From: Eledone cirrhosa
Lineage: Eukaryota
Assembly: GCA_964016885.1 (NCBI GenBank)
Contig: OZ024740.1
Coordinates: forward strand, 214,334,001-214,398,000
Reading direction: 5' to 3'
Length of the DNA stretch: 64,000 nt
Shown: positions 13,050-27,662 of the stretch, piece after piece
Numbering within the stretch: the first letter of the stretch is position 1
How the letters are laid out: each line of letters starts with the position of its first letter
The notes under the pieces: model-generated
Told to the model about the DNA's origin: nothing
Databases searched by the model: none
The model's input: the letters and a program-made list of their open reading frames with translations, nothing else
Position numbers and translations under genes: made by a program

Positions 13050-13845
13050 GTGCGTAAATATATGTATGAGGGCAAGTATATCTGTGTATATGTAACGATA
13101 GACACAGACATGAAATGTCTGTGTCTATCGTTACATATACACAGATATACTTGCCCTCATACATATATTCATTTGTAACCCATTTGCAACGCCGCAGCTC
13201 CATTATTATCATATTTACACATATATTTTTTCCTCTGCTGCTACCCGTCTGTTTCGTTCTTTGTATCTTTACCCTTTCTAGCAGTCTCTCTCTCTCTGTT
13301 AGCCTCTTCTTCACCCTTCACTCACTCATTCTCTGTCACTACCTCTCCTCCTCCTCTTTCTTCCCGTTTGACCTGTCCGTAATTCTTTTCTCGCGCGCTC
13401 TTGGTCAAGCCGGTATGAATTTTTTTCTCTCTCTCTCTCTCTCGTCTGCGACTTCACAGAACTTATGTTTACCGAATTCGCAGACCAGACCCCTTCTTCC
13501 TCCCGTTAGACCTGAGCGAAATTCCTTCCTTGCTCACATTTCAACCAGGTTTGATGGTCTTTATTCTCTCGTTCACGATTTCACCGAATTTATATTCATA
13601 GAAATCTGGGACTTGTCTCTTTCTTCATCACTTTCTGTTGCTTAAACCATTTTGTTTGTTTACCCTAGCGTCCCCTTTATTTACGTGTCCCAACGACTTT
13701 TGTTAGCCGTTGTTCGCACCAACCTGAGGTATATGGTCTTTAAAGCGATGAAATGCCTAGGACGGTTGGAAGACCACTGATGAAGGACAAACTTTTTCAT
13801 ATGTAACCCATTTGCAACGCCGCAGCTCCATTATCATCATATGTG
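13050..13845. mobile_element. Non-autonomous repeat: short palindrome (13055-13168) plus a ~630-bp unit with ~40-bp terminal direct repeats and a truncated HHR core
   Basis: GTAACCCATTTGCAACGCCGCAGCTCCATTAT at about 13175 and 13803. CTGATGAAGGAC at 13778 matches the start of the HHR at 42181-42216. Confidence 0.55.
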
Positions 13846-13878
13846 TATGTATATATATATATGTATGTATATATATAT

Positions 13879-14289
13879 CCGGGAGAGATGACCCCTTAGC
13901 CTTTGTCAAGGCAGAATTCTAGGAGAAGGAAAACTCTGATATAACACCTGCAACCCTGATGGTATCCAATGATGTTGATTGTTCTTCTTTTTGGTAAATA
14001 TCATCTTGGTTAAGAGAGTGGGACTGGCTTTGTGCAGTGCCTTTGCTCACTATAAAAGCTTCACGGCACAGGCATTGCTTTATATCTGGAGATCTCTCTG
14101 CACTTGTCGTTACATGGTACAATGGGCCCAGCATTATGTGACAATAATTGTCACAGGTGTAGTGTTTGTACCCGAGTATTCAAGTTGCTGGCTGGATTAA
14201 AAAGTCACACTCGTTCAGAGCATCGGTAGGGGTTCTCCTACATGGATATAAAATAGTGGCCGTATTCGAAAACGAGTTGGCAGCCACCA
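13879..14289 (+). mobile_element. Dispersed repeat, probably derived from an RTE-like 5'UTR; inverted relative to 16748-17300
   Basis: Closely similar by eye to the reverse complement of 16748-17160, with an identical GGCAGCCACC-(AT)n end. A partial copy lies at 2398-2521. CTAGGAGAAGGAAAACTCTG is recalled as typical of RTE 5' regions. Confidence 0.6.
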
Positions 14290-14399
14290 TATATATATAT
14301 GTATATATCTACACATATATATATATGTATATATATATATGTGTATATATATATGTATATATATACATATATATATGTATATATATGTATGTATATATG

Positions 14400-14688
<289 letters not shown>

Positions 14689-14693
14689 ATATA

Positions 14694-14742
<49 letters not shown>

Positions 14743-15411
14743 GTGTATATATATATGTATATATATATATATATGTGTGTATATATATGTATATATATAT
14801 ATATGTGTGTATATATATGTATATATATATATATGTGTGTATATATATGTATATATATATATATGTGTGTATATATATATATATATGTGTGTATATATAT
14901 ATATATATGTGTGTATATATATGTATATATATATATATATATATATGTGTGTATATATATATATATGTGTGTGTATATATATATGTGTGTATATATATAT
15001 ATGTGTATATATATATGTATATATATATGTGTATATATATATATATATATGTGTATATATATATATATATGTGTATATATATATATATGTGTATATATAT
15101 GTGTATATATATATGTATATATATATATGTGTATATATATATGTATATATATATATATGTGTATATATATATGTGTATATATATATGTATATATATATAT
15201 GTGTATATATATATATGTGTGTGTGTATATATATATGTGTGTCTGTTTATATATGTATATATATATATGTGTATATGTATATGTATATATATGTGTATAT
15301 GTATATGTATATATATGTGTATATGTATATGTATATATATGTGTATATGTATATGTATATATATGTATATGTATATGTATATATATATATATATGTATAT
15401 GTATATATATT

Positions 15412-16515
15412 AATATATGTATAATCAGGAAAGTACCACCCGATAAAGGGGGATCTTGCATATGCAAACTATGCCTGAATGAGACCCTCGAGATACTAAA
15501 AGGTGGAAGCGGCCGGATAAACCTCAGAACCGACTTCTTCGGGACGTGCAGACACCCCAGGGCTGGGACCTTCCTCAAGATATATGGACAGTAGCAACAC
15601 AAGAAGATGTGAACTCCCCTCAAGCTATAGGGACTTCTCCAGAACATGTAGACACCTCTCGGCCAGACCTCCCTCAAGCTATATGGGCAATAACAACACC
15701 CTAGGTTGAGAACTCCCCTCAAACCATAGGGACCAACCCAGGCTGAGCAGACACCATGATAGCCTAGAGATTGATTGTGACACAGCTATTATAATTTGGC
15801 CAACATCTTTATAACACACACGCATTTTAATTGACTTGATTTTTGATTTTTCAATTTTTCAATTTTTCAATTTTAATTTCTCATTATCAATTTGTTATTT
15901 GTTTTCTGTTCTCTTCACTTTATCACCTTATATTTATTTTAAAGTTGAGATTGGTTTTAAAACAAGCACATTTTATTTGATTATCTTATTCTTTTACCAT
16001 CTTGTTCCTCATACCAATCTATCCAACATATTTCTGACCTTGAGATTGGTTATAGCACACACAAAGACTTTATCTTACTTTATTTGAATCTTCATTTTAT
16101 TTTTCACTTCTCAATATTCATTTTCATTACTTTTTCCTTATTTTTTCATTAATTTTTCATTTATTCTTTATTCTTTATTCTCTATTTATTTTCTGTTTTC
16201 TTCATTTTGAATGAGGACTGTTCTAACAACTGTTCTAACAACTGACCAATGAGAGAAAAGGCCCTTTGACACTGAAATTCGTTTGTTTGAATTCATATGA
16301 TTCCAGTTCCTCAGTGAAATAACAACCCAACCAGGAACTGGGCATATCAGAGTATTGACAAAGTTATACACCTCAACAACATATGTACTTGTCTATACCA
16401 CACTAATTCGGACTGCCTGAAGAGGTCACAGCCAAAGATGGCTGTCACCGAAATATATATAGCAGTAATAAACGAAGCTAAATTTTAAACATTTGACTTA
16501 TTTATTTTATTTTAT
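15412..16515 (+). mobile_element. 5'-truncated Hydra-like PLE: EN C-terminus + 3'UTR + HHR
   Basis: [39 protein letters not shown] matches the end of the ORF at 30900. The UTR has a ~101-bp internal duplication at about 15548/15649. Confidence 0.8.
16412..16466 (+). ncRNA. Type I hammerhead ribozyme
   Basis: ACTGC-CTGAAGA-GGT CACAGCCA AAGA TGGCTGTC ACC-GAAA-TATATA-TA-GCAGT, with perfect stem I and AATAAA directly after. Confidence 0.9.
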
Positions 16516-16524
16516 TTTATATAT

Positions 16525-16583
<59 letters not shown>

Positions 16584-16599
16584 CATATATCTGTATATA

Positions 16600-16653
<54 letters not shown>

Positions 16654-16684
16654 TATGTCTGTATATATATATACATATATATGG

Positions 16685-16721
<37 letters not shown>

Positions 16722-16747
16722 TACATATATGTCTGTATATATATATA

Positions 16748-17300
16748 TGGTGGCTGCCAACTCGTTTTCGAGTACGGCCACTACTTTATATCCATGTAGG
16801 AGAACCCCTACTGATGCGCTGAACGAGTGTGACCTTTTAGTCTCAGCCAGCGACTTGAAAACTCTGGTACAAACACTACACTTGTGACAATTATTGACAC
16901 ATAGTGCTGGGCCCATGGTACCATGTGATGACAAGTGCAGAGAGATCTCCAGATATAAAGCAATGCCTGTGCTGTGAAGCTTTTATAGTGAGGAAAGGCA
17001 CTGCACAAAGCCAGTCCCACTCTCTTAACCAAGATGATATTTACCAAAAAGAAGAACAAGTCAACATCATTGGATACCATCAGGGTTGCAGGTGTTATAT
17101 CAGAGTTTTCCTTCTCCTAGAATTCTGCCTTGACAAAGGCTAAGGGGTCATCTCTCCCGGTGATTTTGGATGGCCATTGACTCTTAAGAGCTCCTTTGAC
17201 CTTTGACAGGTTTTGTTTTTAGTCCTGCAGGATGTCCAAAGTCACCCTCCTCACCAAGAAACCTTGGTGGGGTTGCCAGTTTAGTCGCCAACGACCCGTG
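16748..17300 (-). mobile_element. Longer copy of the RTE-5'UTR-like dispersed repeat
   Basis: Reverse complement of 13879-14289 plus about 140 extra bp. Flanked by (TA)n on both sides. Confidence 0.6.
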
Positions 17301-17337
17301 TATGTATATATGTATATATATATATACATATATACAT

Positions 17338-17382
<45 letters not shown>

Positions 17383-18262
17383 AAACTAGAAACGTAGTCT
17401 ATAGCATAAGATGTACAGAGGGTACTTGCAGAAACATGACAACAACATACATAGGTGAGACAGCTCGTAGCATAGGTGAAAGGATAGACCAACACTGGGG
17501 GGAACTAAAAGGACAAAAAATGGGTCAGTACTATACGAACATGCTAGACAACAACATGACGGTAACATAGAAATTAGAATAATATCTAAACATAGAAATG
17601 ACGCAGCAGATAAGCAAATCAGAGAGGCCAGTGAAATAGAAATTAGAAGACCAAAGCTAAACAGAAAGAATGAATGGAATAACAACAACACCCAAACAAA
17701 CAACACTGACCTAAGAGAAGTATAAATAAGTAAATAAAATAAGACAAATAAATACATACACAAGCACAATAACAACAAGCACATAAACACACACTAGCCA
17801 CCCATCACACAGCAAACATAACACTATACACACACGCAAACGCATGCGCAAAGAAGACAAAATAAAATAAACAAACAAGCAAATAAATAAATAAATATAT
17901 AGACAGACTGAATAAAAAAAATGGCGTAGACATACAACACAACAGGAGGAAAATATAACACCACTGACGATGTTGCAGATGTGCAACGAAAGATTTATGA
18001 TAAACTATATATATGTGTTTGTGTCTATATTGTATCTGTATTATTTTTGACCGTCGGTCAGTCAATGGCAACATTGAGGACCGAGTAAGTTAGATTACCG
18101 ATATAAAAGACAGCGAGAAGCGAAAACCAACCAAACAGTGAGTGTGTTCTGTTATTAATTCTGGCAATATTACACAAATATGACCCTCCCTAAGTATAAC
18201 AATATTTGTTTCGACACACGATTTCATATAAAAAACCTGGCAAAACTAATTCGTCGCCGCTA
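17383..18262 (+). mobile_element. 5'-truncated PLE (MTLPKY family): GIY-YIG remnant, 3'UTR, HHR (17961-18000) and ORF-start tail
   Basis: NVVYSIRCTEGTC..YIGETARSIGERIDQH; CTGACGA-TGTTGCA..TGCAAC-GAAA; tail [22 protein letters not shown]. Confidence 0.85.
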
Positions 18263-18312
18263 TGTATATATATGTTTTATATATATATATACATGCATAT
18301 ATATATATATGC

Positions 18313-18368
<56 letters not shown>

Positions 18369-18397
18369 GCATATATATATATATGTATATGTATATA

Positions 18398-18444
<47 letters not shown>

Positions 18445-19053
18445 ATATATACGTATGTATATATATTTATATATAAGTATATATATATATGTATATATAT
18501 ATGTATATGTATATGTATATGTATATATATATATGTATATGTATATATATATGTATATGTATCTATATATTTACATATATATGTATATATATATGTATAT
18601 ATATAGAGATGTTGTATATATATGTATATATATATGTATATATATAGATTTTGTATATACATACATATATATATACATATATATACAAAATCTCTATATA
18701 TATACATATATATATACATATATATATACATATATCTGTAAATATATATATACATATACATATATATATACATATACATATATATATATACATATATAGA
18801 TTTTGTATATATACATATGTATATATGTATATATATATGTATATGTATATATGTATATATATATGTATATATATATATATATGTATATATGTATATATAT
18901 ATGTATATGTATATATGTATATATATATGTATATATATATATATATGTATATATGTATATATATATATATATGTATATATGTATATATATATATATGTAT
19001 ATATATATGTATATATATATGTATATATGTATATATATATATATATATGTATA

Positions 19054-19085
<32 letters not shown>

Positions 19086-19093
19086 GGTATATA

Positions 19094-19138
<45 letters not shown>

Positions 19139-19169
19139 GTATATATATATATATGTATATATATGTATA

Positions 19170-19236
<67 letters not shown>

Positions 19237-19412
19237 ATATATATATACACAATATAAAGAAATACACAGATACATGCGGACTCATACATATACATGAATA
19301 TATCCACATATATCCCTGAATTTGTGGTGCCAACCTCAACCGTTGTTGTTCTATGAATAACTGGGACAAGATAATCCGATTGGATTATACTGATTCAGTA
19401 TCAGAGCTATAT

Positions 19413-19541
19413 AATACATTATAAAGAAAGAAGAAACATTAGATATAATTAATAAGATATACCATACCCAAATTCCCACATTACTCTTGGTAAGGTATAT
19501 CTTATTAATTATATCTAATGTTTCTTCTTTCTTTATAATGT

Positions 19542-19543
<2 letters not shown>
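19413..19543. repeat. ~50-bp inverted repeat with ~30-bp spacer at a (TA)n junction
   Basis: ATACATTATAAAGAAAGAAGAAACATTAGATATAATTAATAAGATATACC and its exact reverse complement. Confidence 0.8.
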
Positions 19544-19609
<66 letters not shown>

Positions 19610-19646
19610 TATGTATATGTATATATATATATAAATATATGTATAT

Positions 19647-19698
<52 letters not shown>

Positions 19699-19821
19699 GT
19701 ATATGTATATATATGTATATATATATATATATGTATATGTATATATATATGTATATATATATGTATATATATATGTATATATATATGTATATATATATAT
19801 GTATATATATATATGTATATA

Positions 19822-19859
<38 letters not shown>

Positions 19860-19860
19860 C

Positions 19861-19893
<33 letters not shown>

Positions 19894-19957
19894 AATATAT
19901 GTATGTATATATATATATGTATATATGTATGTATATATATATATGTATATGTATATG

Positions 19958-19989
<32 letters not shown>

Positions 19990-20103
19990 AATATATATGT
20001 ATATGTATATGTATATATATATATGTATATATATATATAAATATATGTATGTATATATATATGTATATGTATATATATATATATGTATATATATATGTAT
20101 ATA

Positions 20104-20155
<52 letters not shown>

Positions 20156-20650
20156 TATATTTATTTTAAATCATTTAAATGTTACCCTCATAAAATTCAG
20201 AAGTTTAGAAATGATAACACACTTATCGAATTTATATAAATAATATATAAATAACCAGCAAATAATCCTGAAATCTGGAGTCTACACCCTAATATTATAA
20301 ATTAAATATTTTCAAATTTAACCGTTTAACTTTCGAAAAAAAAACAACATATATATATCACCCCCACCCCCACATTTATTTTTGCCTCTTTATAAAGCCT
20401 TTTCCAGTGGCTATCACTGGCTGTTATGATTCATGAGACGTTTTCCTAGATATATCGTAGTATCATACACTTTAAAATTTTTAGAACAGTTACAGTATGC
20501 AACGTTCTATATTACTCATACATTCTCTAATGAATTTATTATGTTTTCGCATTTTCTCATAAATAGGATATAAGTAAAATTTTCTCTCGGGTTAATCACT
20601 ACCTTGATTAAATCTTAACCATTTAACATCTCACGTTATATCATGTATCA

Positions 20651-20711
20651 TTATATTTTGTCTGATGAGGACGTACTGTTGTACCTCTGAAATATGTATA
20701 ATAAAATGTAA
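20651..20711 (+). ncRNA. Type I hammerhead ribozyme in a PLE pLTR remnant (about 20160-20830)
   Basis: TTATATTTTGT-CTGATGA-GGACGTAC TGTT GTACCTCT-GAAA-TATGTA-TA-ATAAAATGTAA. GTTGAGTGCT lies downstream at 20783. Confidence 0.85.
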
Positions 20712-21010
20712 TTGATCAAAAGAATATCTATTTTATTAATACTTATATTTTAATATTAATAACTCTAGAAAATTATTTTGCCGTTGAGTGCTTCCAATCT
20801 ACTGTAAAACCCATTGTTTAACACTTTAATATACATATATATATAAATATATATATATATAAATATATATATATATAAATATATATATAAATATATATAT
20901 ATTATTAGAAATGTAAGCTATCGCCATATTTTGATTAAAGAAATTAAAGAAATTATTTAGCCTGTATATTTATATATATAGTTATATAATAAACAACATA
21001 AGGCAATTAT

Positions 21011-21068
21011 TCCATTTACCAGTGGTTTCTTAAAAGGAAAAGATTTTGCTTTCAATCCTCAGAATGAA
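21011..21068 (-). ncRNA. Type I hammerhead ribozyme downstream of the minus-strand PLE; degenerate duplicate at about 22095-22152
   Basis: Reverse complement reads TTCATT-CTGAGGA-TTGAAAG..CTTTTAA-GAAA-CCACTGG-TA-AATGGA. Confidence 0.8.
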
Positions 21069-21215
21069 AAAAATCCTGGTCTGTTTATTGAATTTGGATT
21101 ATTAAAAACAAAAATGCAATCTATATGAAAGTGAGGCTGGAGAAGGAAGAAGGAAAGGAAAAATAAAATAAAACTAAACATGCAAACACACACACAAAAA
21201 CACAAAAGTATACAT

Positions 21216-21272
<57 letters not shown>

Positions 21273-21897
21273 TATACATATATATATACATATACATATA
21301 CATACACATATATATACACGTACATACACTCATACATACACACACGCACACATATATACACACATATATGTGTATATAAATACACACAAACACATATATA
21401 CATACGCACATAAAGATCAACACATCAATACATACAAATACATATATACAACCACACACACATATATACACACATACATACACATAGAAACATAAATATA
21501 AATACATATACATACACACACATACATACATATATATATATATACACATATACATATATATATATATATATGTGTACAAGCATACACATACATAAACATT
21601 GCCATACACACATACATAAACATACATACATGCACACAATCATACATATATACACACGTACATACATACACATACATGTACAAACACGCACACGTATACA
21701 ATTATACACACACATATGTATATGTAATTATATACACACACATATATATATATATATACATAAATATAAACATACACACACACACACAATTATGTATACA
21801 TACACACATACATATACATACATAGCTATACAATTATACACATACAAATACGTACATATAAACACGCACAACCAAATACAAACACACACACACAAAC

Positions 21898-21973
<76 letters not shown>

Positions 21974-22473
21974 TCATACACATATACATGTGTGTGTGTG
22001 TGTAAAACTCAGTCTTCGATAATTCATATGAACCTTACATATACATATATATAGTAGTAAAGTAATAAAGTAATAAGCAACATAAGGCAATTATTCCATT
22101 CACCAGTGGTTTCTTAAAAGCAACAAATTTTTCCTTCAATCTTCACAATGAAAAAAAATCTGGTCTATCTACATATACATACATATACACACACATATAT
22201 ATATATATACATATATATACACACATATATACATACATATATATATATATATACACACACAAATATACATACACATACACATAGGTATGTGAAGGGCAAG
22301 GCAAAAAGAATATATGGGGTGGGGGCATAGGAAAAGGTGAAATATAAGGGGAGGTAAGGGAGAAAAAATAAATATACAAGAGTACAGAACGTAGATTCAG
22401 CAAAAAAAACCGTAGCAGAAGTAAAGAGCAGAAAAGGAGTTCAAGGCGGTTGATTTATCATAGGAGTGTCAAT

Positions 22474-24562
22474 CTAGTTACAGATCAGATGCGATTTCAG
22501 ATGAGGACAGCATCTGAAGATCTCAGTCTTTGAGTTAAGGCAAGCGGAAGTGGCTCTCAAGTTTAGCAAAATCCTATACTTTTCTGTGGTACACAAAGAA
22601 CAATTCTTTGTGACCCTTTGGTACTCCCTCGAATGGTCTAATATAGACCAATCAATAAAGTACGGGATGTTACTATCCTTGCGTTCCCACACCTTACTTG
22701 CGAGGGCCGTTGATGTTCGTTTATCGGAGTGCTTAAAAGAAGCGACATGTGAGTAAAATCTGGTTTTAAACCTGTCCTGGGTCATACCAACATATCGCTT
22801 ACTCCTGGCTGGCTGGTTGTTGATTACCGGTGTTATCTTAGCCTCATAAACAACAGATTTGGTGTTACATTTACCCTGCAATGGGCATTCATCCGGCTTC
22901 CTGCAACTGCATCCTGGATTTATTCTCGTATGGTTTGAACTGGTGATTTTGTACTTCATACATGGGCAACAAGAGTAGCTGATCTTAACTACGTTCCTAT
23001 TAAATATCTTATAATATCTATGATTAGGAGGAAAATGTTTGTCTAATAGTTCAAGGAATTTCCTTCCTACATTAGTTTTGACAGTTAGAGAGAAGGGGGG
23101 TGTGAACCAAATAATCTTCCTTTTCCTGTTATTGTGGTTAGTTTTAGGGGGGGGGGGGGGAGTAGGTAAATAAGAATTTTTTTCTGTAAAACCGCTGTTC
23201 TTAAGGGCTTTATTATAATAGGGGCGGCTTTATTAAAAATGTCTATAGACGAAGATAAGGTAGAAATCCTACGGCTAATGTTAGGAATAAGATTATTAAA
23301 AACTATAGGGGGATGGCAAGATACCTAAGATTTTCATTAGGTTTATGATAGGGTTTAAAAGAGGCGGTAAGTAGATCAAGATTAATATCAAGAAAGTTAG
23401 CATTAGTAAGGTTCGTATCTATAGTGATTTTAAGGTTAAGGTTAGCAAAAGTATTGATTAAATCTTTACGGAATTTATCAAGGTTATGGCCGTTGGTGGT
23501 ATGAGAAACTGCTAATTCGTCATCACGGTATAAACCGATATTATGGGACGGAAATTTCTCTTTGAGGGTGTGGAGAAGGAATAATCCTACTAAGTCACAC
23601 ACATCCGCACTGTCATATGAACCCATTGCAACATCAAAAGAGTTTTCAGGGTTTGACTTTTTAACCCAAATATTATCATTAGTAAAGAGTAAAGTTTTTC
23701 TAGCATGAAAGATAATGTCTTCTAATTTAGAAATATTAATGAAGGGTCTTGCAAAATCTAAGGCATTAGTTAATAAGGAAACAGTAATAGATGGGTAAAA
23801 ATCGACAATATCAAATTGGGTAAATCTACACTTATTTTTACCTTGTATAATATTGAACCAAGAAATAACAGAGGAAGTATTTAGCCACTGTGATAGGCCA
23901 GTGTTAGTTCTAATTTGGAGAATTATTTTTCTTAAGATTTTCTTACTTGCAAGGCCAACCTCGGATTTAGCCGGTTTAATCAGTCTACAACTAGGTCGAT
24001 TAGTAAAGTCCAATTTATGGTCTTTAAGGGTAATATATTCTTTACGCTTAGCTAGGCATTCAATCCGGTTATCTATTTGTAAAGAACTATCTAGTTCTTT
24101 AGCTTCTTTATTGATAGTATTGTAGGTATTATTATTAGTTAATTGATATTTATTGGTAATACTATTAGTTAAAAGTTGGTTATACAAAGTACTATTAACT
24201 TCAAAGAGATATTTAGTTTTATCAGAAAGAACAAAAGTGTTTGTAGAATTTCTAAAATTAGAAATATCGTTAGATAGTTTAGTTTGAAAGTTATTATTGA
24301 ACTTACGAAATTTGATATCACTAATTAGATTAACAAGGTCTAATTCGAAGTTGGCCATGTCTTTAATTCTAGGTGGATATTTACGGGATTTGATGTCAAA
24401 ACAATCTTTAGTATCAGCACTGAATAGTCCATCGTAAACCATTGCCTTCCATCTCATTCTTTTAACGACTTGTTCGATTTTATCTATGAGGATTTTGGTA
24501 TAAGTTGTGTTGGAAGGAGTGGGTATATTTTTGATTGAATAATCCAATTCATAAAGATCCAT
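22474..24562 (-). pseudogene. Full-length but frameshifted Hydra-like PLE ORF (RT + GIY-YIG)
   Basis: 23303-24562 has YSIKNIPTPS..KRMRWKA, FDIVDFYPSI, MGSYDSADV and LYRDDEL. 22474-22959 has CSCRKPDECPL, VVYEA..YVGMT..FKTRFYSH and CSLCTTEK..CCPH. Frameshifts lie in 22960-23303. Confidence 0.92.
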
Positions 24563-24735
24563 AGTGTATGTTGGTTAAATTCCTGAAAACTGTAGAGTGC
24601 TCAACTAATCGGGCTGGAAAGTGCCAATCGTAAATGTAATATAGAATATGCTTCAATCAATCCCGGTTGGAGCTGTATAAATTTATATATATATATACAT
24701 ATATATATACATATATATGTATATATATATATATT

Positions 24736-24781
<46 letters not shown>

Positions 24782-24792
24782 CATATATATAC

Positions 24793-24910
<118 letters not shown>

Positions 24911-24913
24911 GTA

Positions 24914-24950
<37 letters not shown>

Positions 24951-24952
24951 GT

Positions 24953-24999
<47 letters not shown>

Positions 25000-25000
<1 letters not shown>

Positions 25001-25218
25001 GAAGGCGTGTGGCTGAGTGGTTAGAGAATTGGATTCGCAATCGTAAGGTTGTGAGTTCGATTCCTGGACCAGGCGATGCGTTATGTCCTTAAGCAAGACA
25101 CTTTATTTCACGTTGCTCCTTCTACCTGGAGTTGCGACCGATAGATAGTATTAGCAATTGGAAAGACCAACGGAAACATTGTTCCCTCGGTCCGATTTGA
25201 CGAAAGTCGATCGTTTAA
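25000..25218 (+). mobile_element. tRNA-derived SINE (second family)
   Basis: A-box TGGCTGAGTGG, B-box GAGTTCGATTC, then TGTCCTT.AGCAAGACACTT. Second copy at 42339-42550. Confidence 0.85.
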
Positions 25219-25219
25219 G

Positions 25220-25272
<53 letters not shown>

Positions 25273-25285
25273 TATATATATATAA

Positions 25286-25316
<31 letters not shown>

Positions 25317-25360
25317 CACAATATATTAACAAATGGAAACTATATTTATAAAACCATATT

Positions 25361-25425
25361 TATTTCATTATACATATTTCAAGGACCCCAAAGCAAATTA
25401 TGGTGGGCTTTCATCAGATAAAATA
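25361..25425 (-). ncRNA. Type I hammerhead ribozyme in pLTR fragment 25320-25500
   Basis: Reverse complement reads TATTTTAT-CTGATGA-AAGCCCACCA..TGGGGTCCTT-GAAA-TATGTA-TA-ATGAAATA. Same family as 6589. Confidence 0.8.
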
Positions 25426-25504
25426 TAATATAAATCAGTTTTATAAACAAATATTGACATACCCTTAAAGGATGCAACCATGTCGTTTGGAAGCTCCCGG
25501 ATAG

Positions 25505-26172
25505 TGGGTTACTAATGTAGTATATAGCATAAGATGTACTGAAGGACAATGTAGAGACAAAAATATAGTGTACATAGGTGAGACAGCTCGTAGTGTAGGG
25601 GAACGGATAAATGAACACTGGCGAGACCTTCAAGATAGTAAAGAATCATCTGTACTCTACCAACATGCTAAAATAGAACATAAGGGTAAATTAGAGAACA
25701 TAGAAATAAAAATAGAATCTACACACATAAAAGACGCAATGTTCAGACAAATCACAGAGGCATTAAACACAAAACAATTACAACCAAAATTAAATAGAAA
25801 ACATGAGGGGAACAGCAACATCACAACTTACAATTAAGGACAAAATGAAAACACACACGCACATAGAACAAACCTGTAACATGTAAATAAACAAATAAAT
25901 AAACGAATATAAACACACACAGCATGCGCAGACTGAGCACACAACACACACAGAAACAAGATAGCGTAGGAGAGGCACAAAAACGAAGAAAAGAATCCCC
26001 AGTCACTTAAGAGGTCACAGAATGTGTGACGAAAGAACTTTGACAATATATAAACAACCATCTGGTTGTTGAACCAACCAACCGGAAATTTATAAATTCC
26101 TAAATTTATACATTTATTATAATAAATTGAAGTGAAGTCAACTGGTGCGTGTGTTTCTTATTGGCAACATGA
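25505..26172 (+). mobile_element. 5'-truncated PLE (MTLPKY family): GIY-YIG remnant + 3'UTR with core-mutated HHR (26002-26044)
   Basis: NVVYSIRCTEGQC..YIGETARSVGERINEHW..LYQHAKIEH..RQITEA; ends ATGACCCTCCCAAAGTATAACAAT(AT)n. Confidence 0.85.
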
Positions 26173-26189
26173 CCCTCCCAAAGTATAAC

Positions 26190-26516
<327 letters not shown>

Positions 26517-26674
26517 TATTGTTATACTTTGGGAGGGTCATGTTGCCAATAAGAAACACACGCACCAGTTGCTTTCACTTCAATTTAATTTAATATATAT
26601 TTATAAATTTACAAATTTATAAATTTCTGGTTGGTTGGTTGGTTCCACAACCAGATAGTTGTTTATATATATAT

Positions 26675-26719
26675 AGTCATAGTTCTTTCGTCACACACTC
26701 TGTGACCTCTTCAGTGACT
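26675..26719 (-). ncRNA. Type I minimal hammerhead ribozyme
   Basis: Reverse complement of 26907-26951. Confidence 0.8.
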
Positions 26720-26906
26720 GGGGATTTCTTTCTTCGTTTCTGTGCCTTTCCTTTCTTCTATCCTACGCCATTTTGTTTGTGTGTGGGTTGCGTGCTCAGT
26801 TTGCCCGGATGTGGCGCATGCGCAAACTGAGCACGCAACCCACACACAAACAAAATGGCGTAGGATAGAAGAAAGGAAAGGCACAGAAACGAAGAAAGAA
26901 ATCCCC

Positions 26907-26951
26907 AGTCACTGAAGAGGTCACAGAGTGTGTGACGAAAGAACTATGACT
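26907..26951 (+). ncRNA. Type I minimal hammerhead ribozyme
   Basis: AGTCA-CTGAAGA-G-GTCACA GAGTG TGTGAC-GAAA-GAAC-TA-TGACT. Confidence 0.85.
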
Positions 26952-27166
26952 ATATATATATAAACAACTATCTGGTTGTGGAACCAACCAACCAACCAGA
27001 AATTTATAAATTTGTAAATTTATAAATATATATTAAATTAAATTGAAGTGAAAGCAACTGGTGCGTGTGTTTCTTATTGGCAACATGACCCTCCCAAAGT
27101 ATAACAATATCGGTTTCAACACACGATTTCAGATAAAGAATCTTGCTAAACAAATTCAGAAACGAA

Positions 27167-27197
<31 letters not shown>

Positions 27198-27220
27198 AAT
27201 ATATATATATAAATAAATAT

Positions 27221-27340
27221 ATAAATTGAAACAAAATGAAAACGAAATTTCATTTCTCACTCTTAGTATGGCACTTACTTAAATGTAAGTATGCATGTAT
27301 ACGTACATACATATATGTATACAGACGTACAGTAGCATGC

Positions 27341-27379
<39 letters not shown>

Positions 27380-27630
27380 CATATGCATACAGGTACACAT
27401 ACATACATGCACGTATCAGTTTAGCGGCGCTTATTATAACGTCGCTTTGTTCGTTTGTAAACAAACTGAACACCCTGAATTTATGCCAACAAAAAGGTGA
27501 CGTGGTTGCCTTAACACCGTATGGCATAAATTCAGGCTGTTCAGTTTGTTTACAAACAAACAAAGCGACGTTATAATAAGCGCCGCTAAACTGATACGTG
27601 CATATATGTATGTGTACCTGTATGCATATG

Positions 27631-27662
<32 letters not shown>

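Noticed and set aside
14205-14280. Possible type III hammerhead or HDV-like ribozyme (ACTCGT-TC...GAAA-ACGAGT)
   Set aside because: No CTGANGA segment, the putative stem I is not kept in the second copy, and there is no HDV P3/L3.
25000-25075. tRNA gene-like sequence (also 42339 and the OK-like SINE heads)
   Set aside because: No complete acceptor stem, and each continues into a SINE body. They are tRNA-derived SINE heads.
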